A stretch of 64,000 nucleotides of DNA from Roseibacillus sp. GTDB taxonomy: Bacteria > Verrucomicrobiota > Verrucomicrobiia > Verrucomicrobiales > Akkermansiaceae. The first letter of the stretch is position 1. The number at the start of each line of letters is the position of its first letter. The translations under genes and the position numbers were made by a program. This document shows positions 38,549-47,566 of the stretch, piece after piece. Where the stretch lies: assembly GCA_965242925.1 (NCBI GenBank), contig CBDEUM010000042.1, forward strand, positions 33,807-97,806, given 5' to 3'. The notes beneath the pieces were generated by a model. That model did no database searches. It had not been told where the DNA came from and saw only the letters and a list, made by a program, of their open reading frames with translations.

Positions 38549-39433
38549 GTGTCCGACCTCAAGGCCTACCTCCGGGAGCAGCAACGCATGATCGACGCGG
38601 CCCTGCAACGGTTCCTGCCCCGTGCCTCGGTCCGTCCCTCCACCATCCACCGCGCCATGCGCCATCCGGTCTTCGCGGGAGGCAAGCGTCTGCGGCCCAT
38701 CCTCTGCCTGGCCGCCGCCGAGGCCTGTGGCGGAGACTCCGAACACGCCCTTGCCCCGGCCTGCGCGGTCGAGCTGATCCACACCTATTCCCTCGTCCAT
38801 GACGATCTCCCCTGCATGGATGATGATGACCTGCGCCGGGGCAACCCTACCACCCACGTCGTCTTTGGGGAGAATATGGCGGTCCTGGCCGGTGACGCCC
38901 TTCTCACGGAAGCCTTTGCCATTATTGCCCAGACCCCGGAGTGCAAGAAATACCGAGCAGGAGACTATGTCACCGAACTGGCTTCTGCCTCAGACTCGCG
39001 CCGGCTGATCGGCGGGCAAGTCATGGACCTTGAAGGCGAAGGAAAAGCCCTCACCAAGGCTCAGCTCGTCCGGGTCCACGAGGCCAAAACCGCTGCTCTC
39101 CTCACCTCCTCCCTCCGCCTGGGCGGGATGAGCGCCAATGCAAGCTCCTCCAAGCTCCAGGCCCTCACGGACTTCGGAAAATCCCTGGGACTGGCGTTCC
39201 AGGTCATCGATGACCTCCTTGATGTCACCCAATCCACCGAGAAATTGGGGAAGACCGCCGGGAAGGACGCCGCGGTAGAGAAAGCCACCTACCCCGCCAT
39301 CCTCGGCCTGGAGAAGAGCAGGCGGGAGGCTCATCGCCTCACCCACAAGGCCCTGTCGGCCCTCCGGCCCTTCGGTCGCCGGGCCGTCCGCCTCGACCAG
39401 ATCGCACACCACCTTCTGGACCGGGATTACTAG
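38549..39433 (+). CDS. ispA: Farnesyl/geranylgeranyl diphosphate synthase
   Basis: GGKRLRP, HDDLPCMDDDDLRRG, FQVIDDLLD, GKTAGKD. GTG start preceded by AGGAG. Confidence 0.93.
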   Translation: MSDLKAYLREQQRMIDAALQRFLPRASVRPSTIHRAMRHPVFAGGKRLRPILCLAAAEACGGDSEHALAPACAVELIHTYSLVHDDLPCMDDDDLRRGNPTTHVVFGENMAVLAGDALLTEAFAIIAQTPECKKYRAGDYVTELASASDSRRLIGGQVMDLEGEGKALTKAQLVRVHEAKTAALLTSSLRLGGMSANASSSKLQALTDFGKSLGLAFQVIDDLLDVTQSTEKLGKTAGKDAAVEKATYPAILGLEKSRREAHRLTHKALSALRPFGRRAVRLDQIAHHLLDRDY

Positions 39434-39453
39434 GCGGATCCCGGAATCAGCCC

Positions 39454-41625
39454 CTAGAACCGGAAGGTCGCATCCGCCTTCACCGTCAGGTCCGATCGCT
39501 GCAGATCCAGTCCGCGATCATCTGTCAGGAGCGACTGATTCAGGACCAGATAAATCGTCGATCCCGGTCGATACTCCCAGCGGATCCGGGAGTTGAATCC
39601 CACCTCGTTGGAAAGGCTGTCATACTGCACCAGGGTGGACCACCCGAGATCGGGAGTCAGGTTCCAGTTGATTCCAAGGCTCCCCACGTGCGCATCGAAC
39701 GAGCCCTCCCCAAGATCCACCCGGTTATACTGATAGGTCCCGTTGATGCGGAAGTGCCGGCTGGGATTCCACTCCACCTCCACCGAACCCTGGACCCGCC
39801 ATCCGTCGTAGAACTCTCCGGCCTCCACCGAGAATTCTCCCCACACCGGACGCGAACTGGTGGCTTCGAATTCCAGGCGGGCCTTGGTCCAGGAGTACTC
39901 CCCCGCCGGCACCGTGATGTCTCCCAGCTCGAAGGCCTCGTCCGGACGGTCGATATTGTGCGAGATGCGCAGACTCAATTCATCCGTGCTGGCAAAATCC
40001 AGATTGAAAGGCACGACCCCAAACCGGGCGGAATCGAGCCCCCCGGACGTCCGGGATGTCACGCTGGCATCCGCTCCCCTGGCCAGCTGGCGGTACCAGC
40101 CTGATCCTCCCGGCCGGTGCTTCCGGCGAATCAGCCCGGACACGGTGCGGATCCCGGTCCGTCGCACGAACCCGAGGGCCGGATCGAATCCCGGACCGAC
40201 CTCCAGGTAACTGAGCGAGCCATCCCAACGGTCGTTGGGATAAGAAAGCCGCCCCCCGAAGGCATAATCCGTGCCCTGTCCCCCTCCCGCCGCCTCAGTA
40301 TAGTTCCCAAGGGCATAGAGATTGGCTCCCAGGATCTTGTCATCGAGGAATTCGTTGGTCCGAAAGGTGAAATCCACCCCTCCCACGTAGTTGTCACGAT
40401 TGGAGTTGGGATCTCCCCCGGTCGCGATGACCCCCACCCGGGACTGGGAGAACACCTGCTTAGTCACCCGGGCCGCGAAGACGTTCTGTTCATTCAGCCC
40501 GGGTGGACCCTCCAGGCGGGCATGCGTAAAGCCGACATCATAATCTCCCAGCCGCCCCGCCAGTTTGGTGGCCAGTTGAGTGGGAACGATCCGGCCGTCC
40601 GCCAATCCGATCCGCCGGGTGAAGTAGGGCAGAAGGGACGAACCCCTTCCCCTCCGTTGAAACCCCGGTCCAAAATCGTAGGTCCCGCTGTCCTCCAGGA
40701 AGAAGTCCCGCTTCTCCGGAAAGAAGAGCGGGAAGCGGGTGAAATTAACCACCCGTTGATCGACCTCCGTCTCCGCGAAGTCCGTATTGTAGCTGATCGT
40801 GGCCGAGAAGTTGGGAGTGACGCGGTAACGCAGATCCGCTCCCAGGTCGCCCCCCAGGCTGTCACTTTCCCCCTTGCGGCTCTCGTAGTGCCCCACCGAA
40901 TAGGGGGAGAACTCCAGCCCAAGCCCCTGCCTCATGCCTCGCAGCCCGGTAATGTCTCCGGCTTCGCTGGCATAGTGGGACTTGATTTCATCCTTCCACC
41001 CTGTCCAGCGAATGGCCTCGTTCTTTCTCCGGATCCGCCGCGACATGTTGAAGCCCCATACCGTGCCGTCCGGATCAAAGCTCACCGTCTTGAAGGGAAT
41101 GGCCAACTCGACAAACCATCCCTCGTCCGTGATGCGCGCTTTCGACATCCAGATCCCGTCCCAGGAAAAGTTCATCCCCGTGTTGTTGGTGATCAGACCG
41201 TCGGCCTGGGCCCCGGTCGGGTTGACCGCGAAGACGTAGCCGTTGCGCTGATCGTGAAAGGTGTCGAAGAAGAGGTAAACGAAGTCCGAGCCCGTGAAAA
41301 CCCTGTCACGGCGCATGGACCGCGCCATCACCACTCCCGGTTCGGAATCGTAACACCACACCCCGACGTAGAGATGATCACGGTCGTAAACCATCGCGAA
41401 CTCCGTGCGCTCGGTAGCAGGAGTCCCCCGACCGGGATCATACTGCCGAAACCCCTTCCCCTTCTCCGCCCGCTGCCAGGCGGCCTCTTCCAGGCGGCCG
41501 TCCACCTCGACACGTTCCTCCGCCCCCAGTTGCAAGGCAGTGATGCTGGGCTTCTTTTCGGCCTGGAGACCGCCGAACGATCCCAACCACGCACACGCTG
41601 CGAGCAATTTGTGGGCTCTCCTCAT
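39454..41625 (-). CDS. CBM9-like plus DUF5916 outer-membrane beta-barrel protein
   Basis: 'VDGRLEE.AW', 'NTDFAETEVD', 'RFPLFFPEKRDFFLE', 'RRIG', terminal FRF. Confidence 0.85.
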   Translation of the reverse strand: MRRAHKLLAACAWLGSFGGLQAEKKPSITALQLGAEERVEVDGRLEEAAWQRAEKGKGFRQYDPGRGTPATERTEFAMVYDRDHLYVGVWCYDSEPGVVMARSMRRDRVFTGSDFVYLFFDTFHDQRNGYVFAVNPTGAQADGLITNNTGMNFSWDGIWMSKARITDEGWFVELAIPFKTVSFDPDGTVWGFNMSRRIRRKNEAIRWTGWKDEIKSHYASEAGDITGLRGMRQGLGLEFSPYSVGHYESRKGESDSLGGDLGADLRYRVTPNFSATISYNTDFAETEVDQRVVNFTRFPLFFPEKRDFFLEDSGTYDFGPGFQRRGRGSSLLPYFTRRIGLADGRIVPTQLATKLAGRLGDYDVGFTHARLEGPPGLNEQNVFAARVTKQVFSQSRVGVIATGGDPNSNRDNYVGGVDFTFRTNEFLDDKILGANLYALGNYTEAAGGGQGTDYAFGGRLSYPNDRWDGSLSYLEVGPGFDPALGFVRRTGIRTVSGLIRRKHRPGGSGWYRQLARGADASVTSRTSGGLDSARFGVVPFNLDFASTDELSLRISHNIDRPDEAFELGDITVPAGEYSWTKARLEFEATSSRPVWGEFSVEAGEFYDGWRVQGSVEVEWNPSRHFRINGTYQYNRVDLGEGSFDAHVGSLGINWNLTPDLGWSTLVQYDSLSNEVGFNSRIRWEYRPGSTIYLVLNQSLLTDDRGLDLQRSDLTVKADATFRF

Positions 41626-41839
41626 TTCTTCGCGAGCAAGGATCAGCCGCATGACTTGCCCCGTGCAGGGCGAGACCACACCCCACTCCTTGCAACCCGT
41701 CAAGACTCACCGCCAGATCAGAGGAAATCGACCCCATCTCATCGCAGCACTCCCGGACCCCCGGAAGGCCTCCGCACAGCCCATGGGATTACCCAATAGT
41801 TCTTTCCCCCGTCTCCTTTTGAGTCCAGACTCCCCAGCC

Positions 41840-42427
41840 ATGAAATTCCTCATCAAAACTTTTGGACTCCTCGCAGCCCTCAGTCTTTTCCCTGCCGCCG
41901 CTCAGCAGGAGAAGGCCCCCGCGAAGAAAAAGGCTCCCTCCAAAGAGACCCCCGCCAAGGCACCGGCCGTCAAGACTGTCGATGGCGGCAAACTGGAAAA
42001 GAAAATCATCGGCAAATGGGCCCCCGATCCCGAGGCCATGATGAAGGAGATCCAGAAGGGCCTCGCCGACGATCCCTCCGCCGCCCTCCCTCTCCCTCTC
42101 CCCCTCCTCCAAGCCGTGATACAGAAAATGGCGGTGAGCGTGCAGAAGGGGGAAGTCACCATCCACTCCATGGGAAAAAAGCAGACCGCCACCTACAGGA
42201 TCACCAAGGTCGACAAGGCCGCGAACAAGCTCACCATGCAGATAACCGACGAGGAGGGTATTGCCCAAGGGGGGTCGGCCACCGTCGAGGAAAAGAAGGA
42301 CGGCAGCAAAACGCTCATTCTTGAGAAGGACGGCGAGAAGGTAGTCCTCAACAGCATCAGCGCCTCGGAATTCGAGAAGCGCAGGAATACGCGCGACAAG
42401 CCAGCTGTCTCTCCCAATTTCAGATAA
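41840..42427 (+). CDS. Secreted hypothetical protein (lipocalin-like), paralog of the 43852-44578 domain
   Basis: Signal peptide MKFLIKTFGLLAALSLFPAAA; IIGKWAPDPEAMMKEIQKGLADDP. Confidence 0.78.
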   Translation: MKFLIKTFGLLAALSLFPAAAQQEKAPAKKKAPSKETPAKAPAVKTVDGGKLEKKIIGKWAPDPEAMMKEIQKGLADDPSAALPLPLPLLQAVIQKMAVSVQKGEVTIHSMGKKQTATYRITKVDKAANKLTMQITDEEGIAQGGSATVEEKKDGSKTLILEKDGEKVVLNSISASEFEKRRNTRDKPAVSPNFR

Positions 42428-42439
42428 GCGATCCCCGGT

Positions 42440-43711
42440 TCAGGGGCGCTCGCCCAGGCAGAGCAGCTTCTCCTTCCGAACATCGTTCTGGAAGACCGCC
42501 ACCCGGGCATAGACCCGGCCCCCGCAGTAGACCGGGGTGGCAAAGACCTGTTCGCCGATCAGGGCCTTGTGGACGACCTTGAAACCCGCCGGGTCCGCCT
42601 TGAACTGGAAATACTCCCCATTCTCGTTGATGACATGAATGTGATCGCCCACCAGGACAGGCGAACTGGAGAACGTGCCTCCCAGCAGACCCTTCCACCT
42701 GCGCTCGCCCGTCCTGCAGTCCCAGCACATGGCCGCCCCGCCATCCATCACCGCAAAGAGGTGTCCCTTCGTCACCAGCATGGAGGGGACATAAACCCGG
42801 CTGATGTTACGCCAGGCCACTTTCCCGGAACCATCGCTCTCCACCGCATGGACGTGATTCTTGGGCCAGCCGCCACTGATGAAAACCCGCTCCCCATCCG
42901 TCACTGAGGAACTAACCGTCTCCTGGGTAGACCCCTTCGTTTCCCACCGCACTTTCCCGGTCAGGGGATCGATGCTCACGACCTTCTCGCAGCCGGAGAG
43001 GATCAATTGATCGCGGCCGCCGAGACGATGCACGATCGGGGAGGGGTAGTTGGGGATCCTCGGCCGGTCCACCTTCCACGCCACTTCGCCGCTCTTGCGG
43101 TCCAACCCGAAGATCGCACCGGCCTTCTTGTTGTCGGCGCATACCAGCAGGAGGGACTTGTAGACCATGGGGGAGGCTCCGTAGCCCTGGTGCACCACGT
43201 AGTCCGTCAGTCTCGTGGTCCAGACTTTCTCGCCCTCCAAGCTCACCGCAGTGGTGTGGGCCGCCCCCCCGTTCACGAAGGAGACGTAGAGTTTTTCCCC
43301 GTCAAAGGCGGGCGAGTTCGAAGCGTGCGTGGCCTTCCGGTTGATCTTGGGAGCAAAGGTCCCACTGTGAATCACGGTGCTCCAGACGGCAACCCCGGTC
43401 TCGCGCTCATAGGCCAGCAGCGACTGGGTCTGCTTCTTCTCATCAGCGGTGACCAGGTAGATCCGGTCGCCCACCACGATCGGGGATCCGTGTCCCCTTC
43501 CCGGGACGGGCGTTTCCCAGAGGGTGTGCTTGCCCGGATCGAGGGCCGTCGGCAGTTTCTGCGTCGGATCGGCGTGACCATTGCGGCTCGGTCCTCTCCA
43601 GCACGGCCAGTCCTCTTTGCCCGCGACCCACGGCGCCGCCTGCCCCGGCAGGGGGCCTCCCAGGGTGAGAACGGAGATCATCAGGGCGCGGGAGAACTTC
43701 ACGAGGCGCAA
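42440..43711 (-). CDS. PQQ-like beta-propeller repeat protein (PVC-expanded family)
   Basis: DWPCWRGP, PGRGHGSPIV, repeated 'D..TG...W' blades. Confidence 0.9.
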   Translation of the reverse strand: MRLVKFSRALMISVLTLGGPLPGQAAPWVAGKEDWPCWRGPSRNGHADPTQKLPTALDPGKHTLWETPVPGRGHGSPIVVGDRIYLVTADEKKQTQSLLAYERETGVAVWSTVIHSGTFAPKINRKATHASNSPAFDGEKLYVSFVNGGAAHTTAVSLEGEKVWTTRLTDYVVHQGYGASPMVYKSLLLVCADNKKAGAIFGLDRKSGEVAWKVDRPRIPNYPSPIVHRLGGRDQLILSGCEKVVSIDPLTGKVRWETKGSTQETVSSSVTDGERVFISGGWPKNHVHAVESDGSGKVAWRNISRVYVPSMLVTKGHLFAVMDGGAAMCWDCRTGERRWKGLLGGTFSSSPVLVGDHIHVINENGEYFQFKADPAGFKVVHKALIGEQVFATPVYCGGRVYARVAVFQNDVRKEKLLCLGERP

Positions 43712-43851
43712 ATTTGCCGTGAATCATAGCCCGACACCAGCAAAACGATCCCCCGCTCCAGTCTCGACTCCCGGGTTCAGGTTATCGTCAGTTTACCGGT
43801 TTGTACTGGTTGGTTCAGCCCGCCCTGCATCTCCCTATCCTCCCCGACAAC

Positions 43852-44578
43852 ATGAAAACACAATTTTGCCGAGGCCATTGGCAGGTTCAGCCCTCGCGGC
43901 ACTGGGCATCTCCCTGATGGCCATCAGCTGTGGACAACAAGAATGAGGAGGCCGACAGCGGTAGCGACCCGTCAAAGACGGACGAGAGCGACTCCGGAAG
44001 AGAAGCCCCCCGCGGAGGAACCCGCGCCAACCGGGGACCTGGAAAGCCATGTCATCGGCTACTGGGCTCCTGATGCAGAGGCCATGATGAAGGAATTAGC
44101 GGAGGGCCTCGCCGACGATCCCGATACACTAGCTGCCACCAAGGCCATGATGGAGCCCATGCTTGCCGCAATGGTGATCGAGATTCCTGAGAAGGGAACG
44201 GTGATCATGAATATGATGGGGACTTCCCAGCCCGTGTCCTACACCGTCAAATCCATCGATGAGGCAACGAAGACGCTCACCGTGGAGATTACCGACCCCG
44301 ATGGGGAAAAAGAATCGGGGTCCATCATCATCGGGGAAGACAAGCTCAGGATCCAGGGGGGGGATGACGGTCTCTCCCTGGTCCGCATCGACGAGGCCAC
44401 CTTCAAGAAACGCCAGAAGACCAAGGCGCCCAATATCCTCGACCTGCCCGAGGGCCTCGACCCGGACGCCCCGGGAGAAAAATCCCCGGCAAAGGAGGCC
44501 CCCGCAGTAGAGAACGCTCCCGCCACCGAGGAGGGCCCCGCCCCGGAGGAGAACCCCGATCCCGCGCCTGAAAACTAG
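43852..44578 (+). pseudogene. Lipoprotein with lipocalin-like domain, three apparent frameshifts in the first ~145 nt
   Basis: Aligns with paralog 44788 (MK.QF..LAGS..AALGISLM.ISCDN) only by switching frames near 43870, 43932 and 43990. The body IGYWAPDAEAMMKELAEGLADDP is intact. Confidence 0.7.
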
Positions 44579-44704
44579 GCTGGCCCATCTGATCCTTCCA
44601 AGGGTGATCCGGTGTTTCCGGATCGCCCTTTTTTGTCAACTGGTCCCGGCAACCTTTCCCATTTCTTCCCGCGCCTTTTGGAGCATCTTCCCTGACATGA
44701 TGAA
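44546..44704 (+). repeat. ~160-bp direct repeat, copy 1 (gene end, terminator, ATGATGAA)
   Basis: Near-identical to 45082-45241. Confidence 0.95.
44600..44634 (+). terminator. Intrinsic terminator (duplicated at about 45137-45171)
   Basis: AAGGGTGATCCGG-TGTTT-CCGGATCGCCCTT followed by TTTT. Confidence 0.85.
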
Positions 44705-44787
44705 CCAATCTCGATTCCCGGACTATTATGAGATTATCGGTTTGTGCTGGCTAAAACCGCTCAGCATTTGCTATTCTCCTAGGCAGC

Positions 44788-45114
44788 ATGAAAAAACAAT
44801 TCTTATTGGCAGGTTCAATCATTGCGGCACTGGGCATCTCCCTGATGACCATCAGCTGTGACAACAGCGATACGCCGGAGACGGATTCGAAGCCTGCGGC
44901 AGAGGAAGCCCCCGCTGCAGAGGAAGCCCCCGCTGCAGAGGAAGCCCCCGCTGCTGAGGAAGCCCCCGCTGCTGAGGAAGCCCCCGCTGCTGAGGAAGCC
45001 CCCGCTGCTGAGGAAGCCCCCGCTGCTGAGGAAGCCCCCGCTGCTGAGGAAGCCCCCGCTGCTGAGGAAGCCCCCGCCGCAGAGGAGAACCCCGAGCCCG
45101 CGCCTGAAAACTAG
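44788..45114 (+). CDS. Acidic Pro/Ala/Glu repeat lipoprotein
   Basis: Lipobox TISC, then (PAAEEA)10-PAAEEN-PEPAPEN. Confidence 0.85.
   Translation: MKKQFLLAGSIIAALGISLMTISCDNSDTPETDSKPAAEEAPAAEEAPAAEEAPAAEEAPAAEEAPAAEEAPAAEEAPAAEEAPAAEEAPAAEEAPAAEENPEPAPEN
44893..45090 (+). repeat. 18-bp coding tandem repeat x11 (PAAEEA)
   Basis: CCCGCTGCWGAGGAAGCC units. Confidence 0.97.
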
Positions 45115-45241
45115 GCTGGCCCCATCTGATCCTTCCAAGGGTGATCCGGTGCTTCCGGATCGCCCTTTTTTGTCAACTGGCTCCGGCAACCTTTTTCATT
45201 TCTTCCCGCGCCTTTTGGAGCATCTTCCCTGACATGATGAA
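45082..45241 (+). repeat. ~160-bp direct repeat, copy 2
   Basis: Near-identical to 44546-44704; ends at the real start of the DUF502 gene. Confidence 0.95.
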
Positions 45242-45884
45242 AACGCGGCGTTACATCCTGGCCGGGCTCCTCACCATCATTCCCCTCTGGGTCACCTGGC
45301 TGGTCCTGCGTTTCCTCTTCACCCTACTGACCAGGGCAGGCGCACCCACCATCCAGTGGGTGGCCGCCAGATGCCCCGAGCCGGTCAAGGCCGTCCTCGA
45401 GAGCCCCCTCTTCATCAACCTTCTCGCCATCCTGCTGGTGGTGGTGGTTCTCTATGGGATCGGGCGACTCACTACCGCAGTGGTGGGGCGCCGCATCCTC
45501 GGGTTCTTTGAGGCTGTGCTCGCCAGGATTCCCATCGTGAACGTCATCTACGGCGCGGTGAAAAAACTCGTCACCGTTCTGCGAGAAAAGCCCGGGGGCG
45601 GACTCCAGCGCGTGGTCCTCATCGACTTCCCTTCCCCCGAGATGAAAACCGTGGGCCTCGTCACCCGCGTGCTCACCGACACCAACACCGGGCGGGAACT
45701 CGCCGCAGTCTATGTTCCAACCACTCCGAATCCCACCTCCGGCTACCTCGAGATCGTCCCCCTCGAACGCATCACCTCCACCGACTGGACCCTCGACGAG
45801 GCCATGGCCTTTATCATGTCGGGAGGTGCGGTGGCCCCGGATTCCATGAATTACGACCACCCCGTCGCTCCCGACAAGGGGTAG
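45234..45884 (+). CDS. DUF502 membrane protein
   Basis: GLLTIIPLWVT, RIPIVNVIY, VYVPTTPNPTSGYL. Confidence 0.92.
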   Translation: MMKTRRYILAGLLTIIPLWVTWLVLRFLFTLLTRAGAPTIQWVAARCPEPVKAVLESPLFINLLAILLVVVVLYGIGRLTTAVVGRRILGFFEAVLARIPIVNVIYGAVKKLVTVLREKPGGGLQRVVLIDFPSPEMKTVGLVTRVLTDTNTGRELAAVYVPTTPNPTSGYLEIVPLERITSTDWTLDEAMAFIMSGGAVAPDSMNYDHPVAPDKG

Positions 45885-45962
45885 GGAATCATGAACCAGG
45901 TGGGATTCCCGGGGTCCTGACCCCAAAACGCCTTTTTCTTTCTGGTCCGGCCCTTGCAGAAG

Positions 45963-45980
45963 TTAAGTTAATTTGCTTAA
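45963..45980. promoter_or_regulatory. AT-rich inverted repeat overlapping a putative promoter (operator candidate)
   Basis: TTAAG-TTAATTTG-CTTAA directly downstream of TTGCAG (45954-45959). Confidence 0.45.
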
Positions 45981-46098
45981 ATAAAGGCAAATCCTAACTA
46001 AATAGCAGGCCGCTGTTCACCCGCCGCCGGATAGCTCCCGCCAAACTGCTGGTGGGCTCATGTTCATCCGCGGGGAACGCAACAACCCCTCCTTCAAG

Positions 46099-46764
46099 AT
46101 GACTCCCAGTGTCAGTGCCCCCCCCCAGGCCTCGGTGAAGCTCTCCCAAGGACTCGGAATCGGATACCGTTCTCTTCTGGCCGAGGTCACCGAGGATATC
46201 CCGCTCGAAAACGGCACCCACTATCTTCTCGCCCGCAACGGACGTGGGAAGACCACCCTGCTAAAGACCGTCGCCGGACTCATCCGGAAACTTTCCGGAA
46301 GTTTTGAAACCCATGGTCACTGCCAGTTCATCGGCGACGAATTCTTCTTCGACCGCGAGTTGAAATCACAGGCCGTCTTCAGAGCCCTCATTCCCGCCGC
46401 GCGACGCGAGGACGCCTTCCGCCTCGCCGACAAACTCGAACTCGATGTGAGCAGGGAATTCGGCAAGCTTTCCTTCGGCAACCGGAAGAAGGTCGGGCTG
46501 GTGGTGGCCGAGTTCCGGCTCCGCGAGAACGAACCCAATCTTCTGTTCTACGACGAGCCCTTCACCGGGCTTGACACTCCCGCCCGGGAGGCCATCAGCG
46601 AACGCTGGAAGGCCACCGGAGATCAGGCCGTGCGGATTGTCTCCTGCCACCCTGATTTCGATTCCATGGCCATGCCCAGCGCCCTCCTCATTACCGATGG
46701 GAAGATCTTCCGCGGCGGCGATGGCAACCTCACCTGGGCCGACTTCAAGGAACGCCTCAACTGA
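46099..46764 (+). CDS. ABC transporter ATP-binding protein (divergent)
   Basis: Walker A ARNGRGKT, signature LSFGN, Walker B LLFYDEP, H-loop SCH. Confidence 0.88.
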   Translation: MTPSVSAPPQASVKLSQGLGIGYRSLLAEVTEDIPLENGTHYLLARNGRGKTTLLKTVAGLIRKLSGSFETHGHCQFIGDEFFFDRELKSQAVFRALIPAARREDAFRLADKLELDVSREFGKLSFGNRKKVGLVVAEFRLRENEPNLLFYDEPFTGLDTPAREAISERWKATGDQAVRIVSCHPDFDSMAMPSALLITDGKIFRGGDGNLTWADFKERLN

Positions 46765-46781
46765 GCCACCTCCCGCTGATC

Positions 46782-47555
46782 ATGGACCTCTTCCGACTCA
46801 CGATCTCCACCCTCATGGCCCGCAGGATGTGGGTCGTGGTTCTTCTTGTGGCCGTCATCACTCCCATCGTCTTCCCGCTCTTCACCCCCCACGAAACCAA
46901 CACCACCCTCCTGGAACCGGCCCGGGCCCAGAGCGCCTGGACCTGCACCTGGCTCATCGGAATTCTCTGGACCCTCTCCCAGGCCGCCCGTTTCGGGGAG
47001 AGCAACTCCCGCAGCGGCATCGGATCCTATTTCCGGGCCCAGGGGGTGGGCTCCCTGCGCCAGATCTTTGCCATCTGGAGCGCCATCATGCTCTTCCTGC
47101 TCCCCGTGGTCCTGGTCGCGGTGGGCACCTGCCTCCTCTTCGCCATGCCCGCCCACCCCCAGGAGGCCTCCATGTGGGTATGGACCAACCTGCAATTCGC
47201 TGCCCTCTTCCTGCTCACCATCGGCCCCCTCGCCCTCCTTGGGGTGGGATTGGCCAGTCGCTTCGGAACCCTGATCGGCTACGTCGTGCCCACCGGACTG
47301 TGCCTCTACGGACTCTACGGGGTCACCTACCTCGGCATGACCATCCGCCTGCGCGATGACAACAAGGTCCTGGAGTGGCTTTACGCAATCTCGCCACAGT
47401 ATCACCTCGCTGATCTCACCCCCCGCCTCATCTTCAAGATGGGGCACCTGCCCTGGGCCGACTTCACCAGTTTCCTCCTCTACTTTCTGGCCATCACTCT
47501 GATCCTCGGCTGCTCTGCCACCCTGTTGTTCCGGACCGATCCCCTCCGCAACTGA
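46782..47555 (+). CDS. ABC-2-type permease-like membrane protein
   Basis: About six TM helices; directly follows the ATPase. Confidence 0.78.
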   Translation: MDLFRLTISTLMARRMWVVVLLVAVITPIVFPLFTPHETNTTLLEPARAQSAWTCTWLIGILWTLSQAARFGESNSRSGIGSYFRAQGVGSLRQIFAIWSAIMLFLLPVVLVAVGTCLLFAMPAHPQEASMWVWTNLQFAALFLLTIGPLALLGVGLASRFGTLIGYVVPTGLCLYGLYGVTYLGMTIRLRDDNKVLEWLYAISPQYHLADLTPRLIFKMGHLPWADFTSFLLYFLAITLILGCSATLLFRTDPLRN

Positions 47556-47566
47556 ACTGATTCCCC

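Noticed and set aside
44893..45090. Regular short repeats as a possible CRISPR array (also 19261-19332, 57994-58068)
   Set aside because: Head-to-tail in-frame coding repeats with no spacers and no cas genes.
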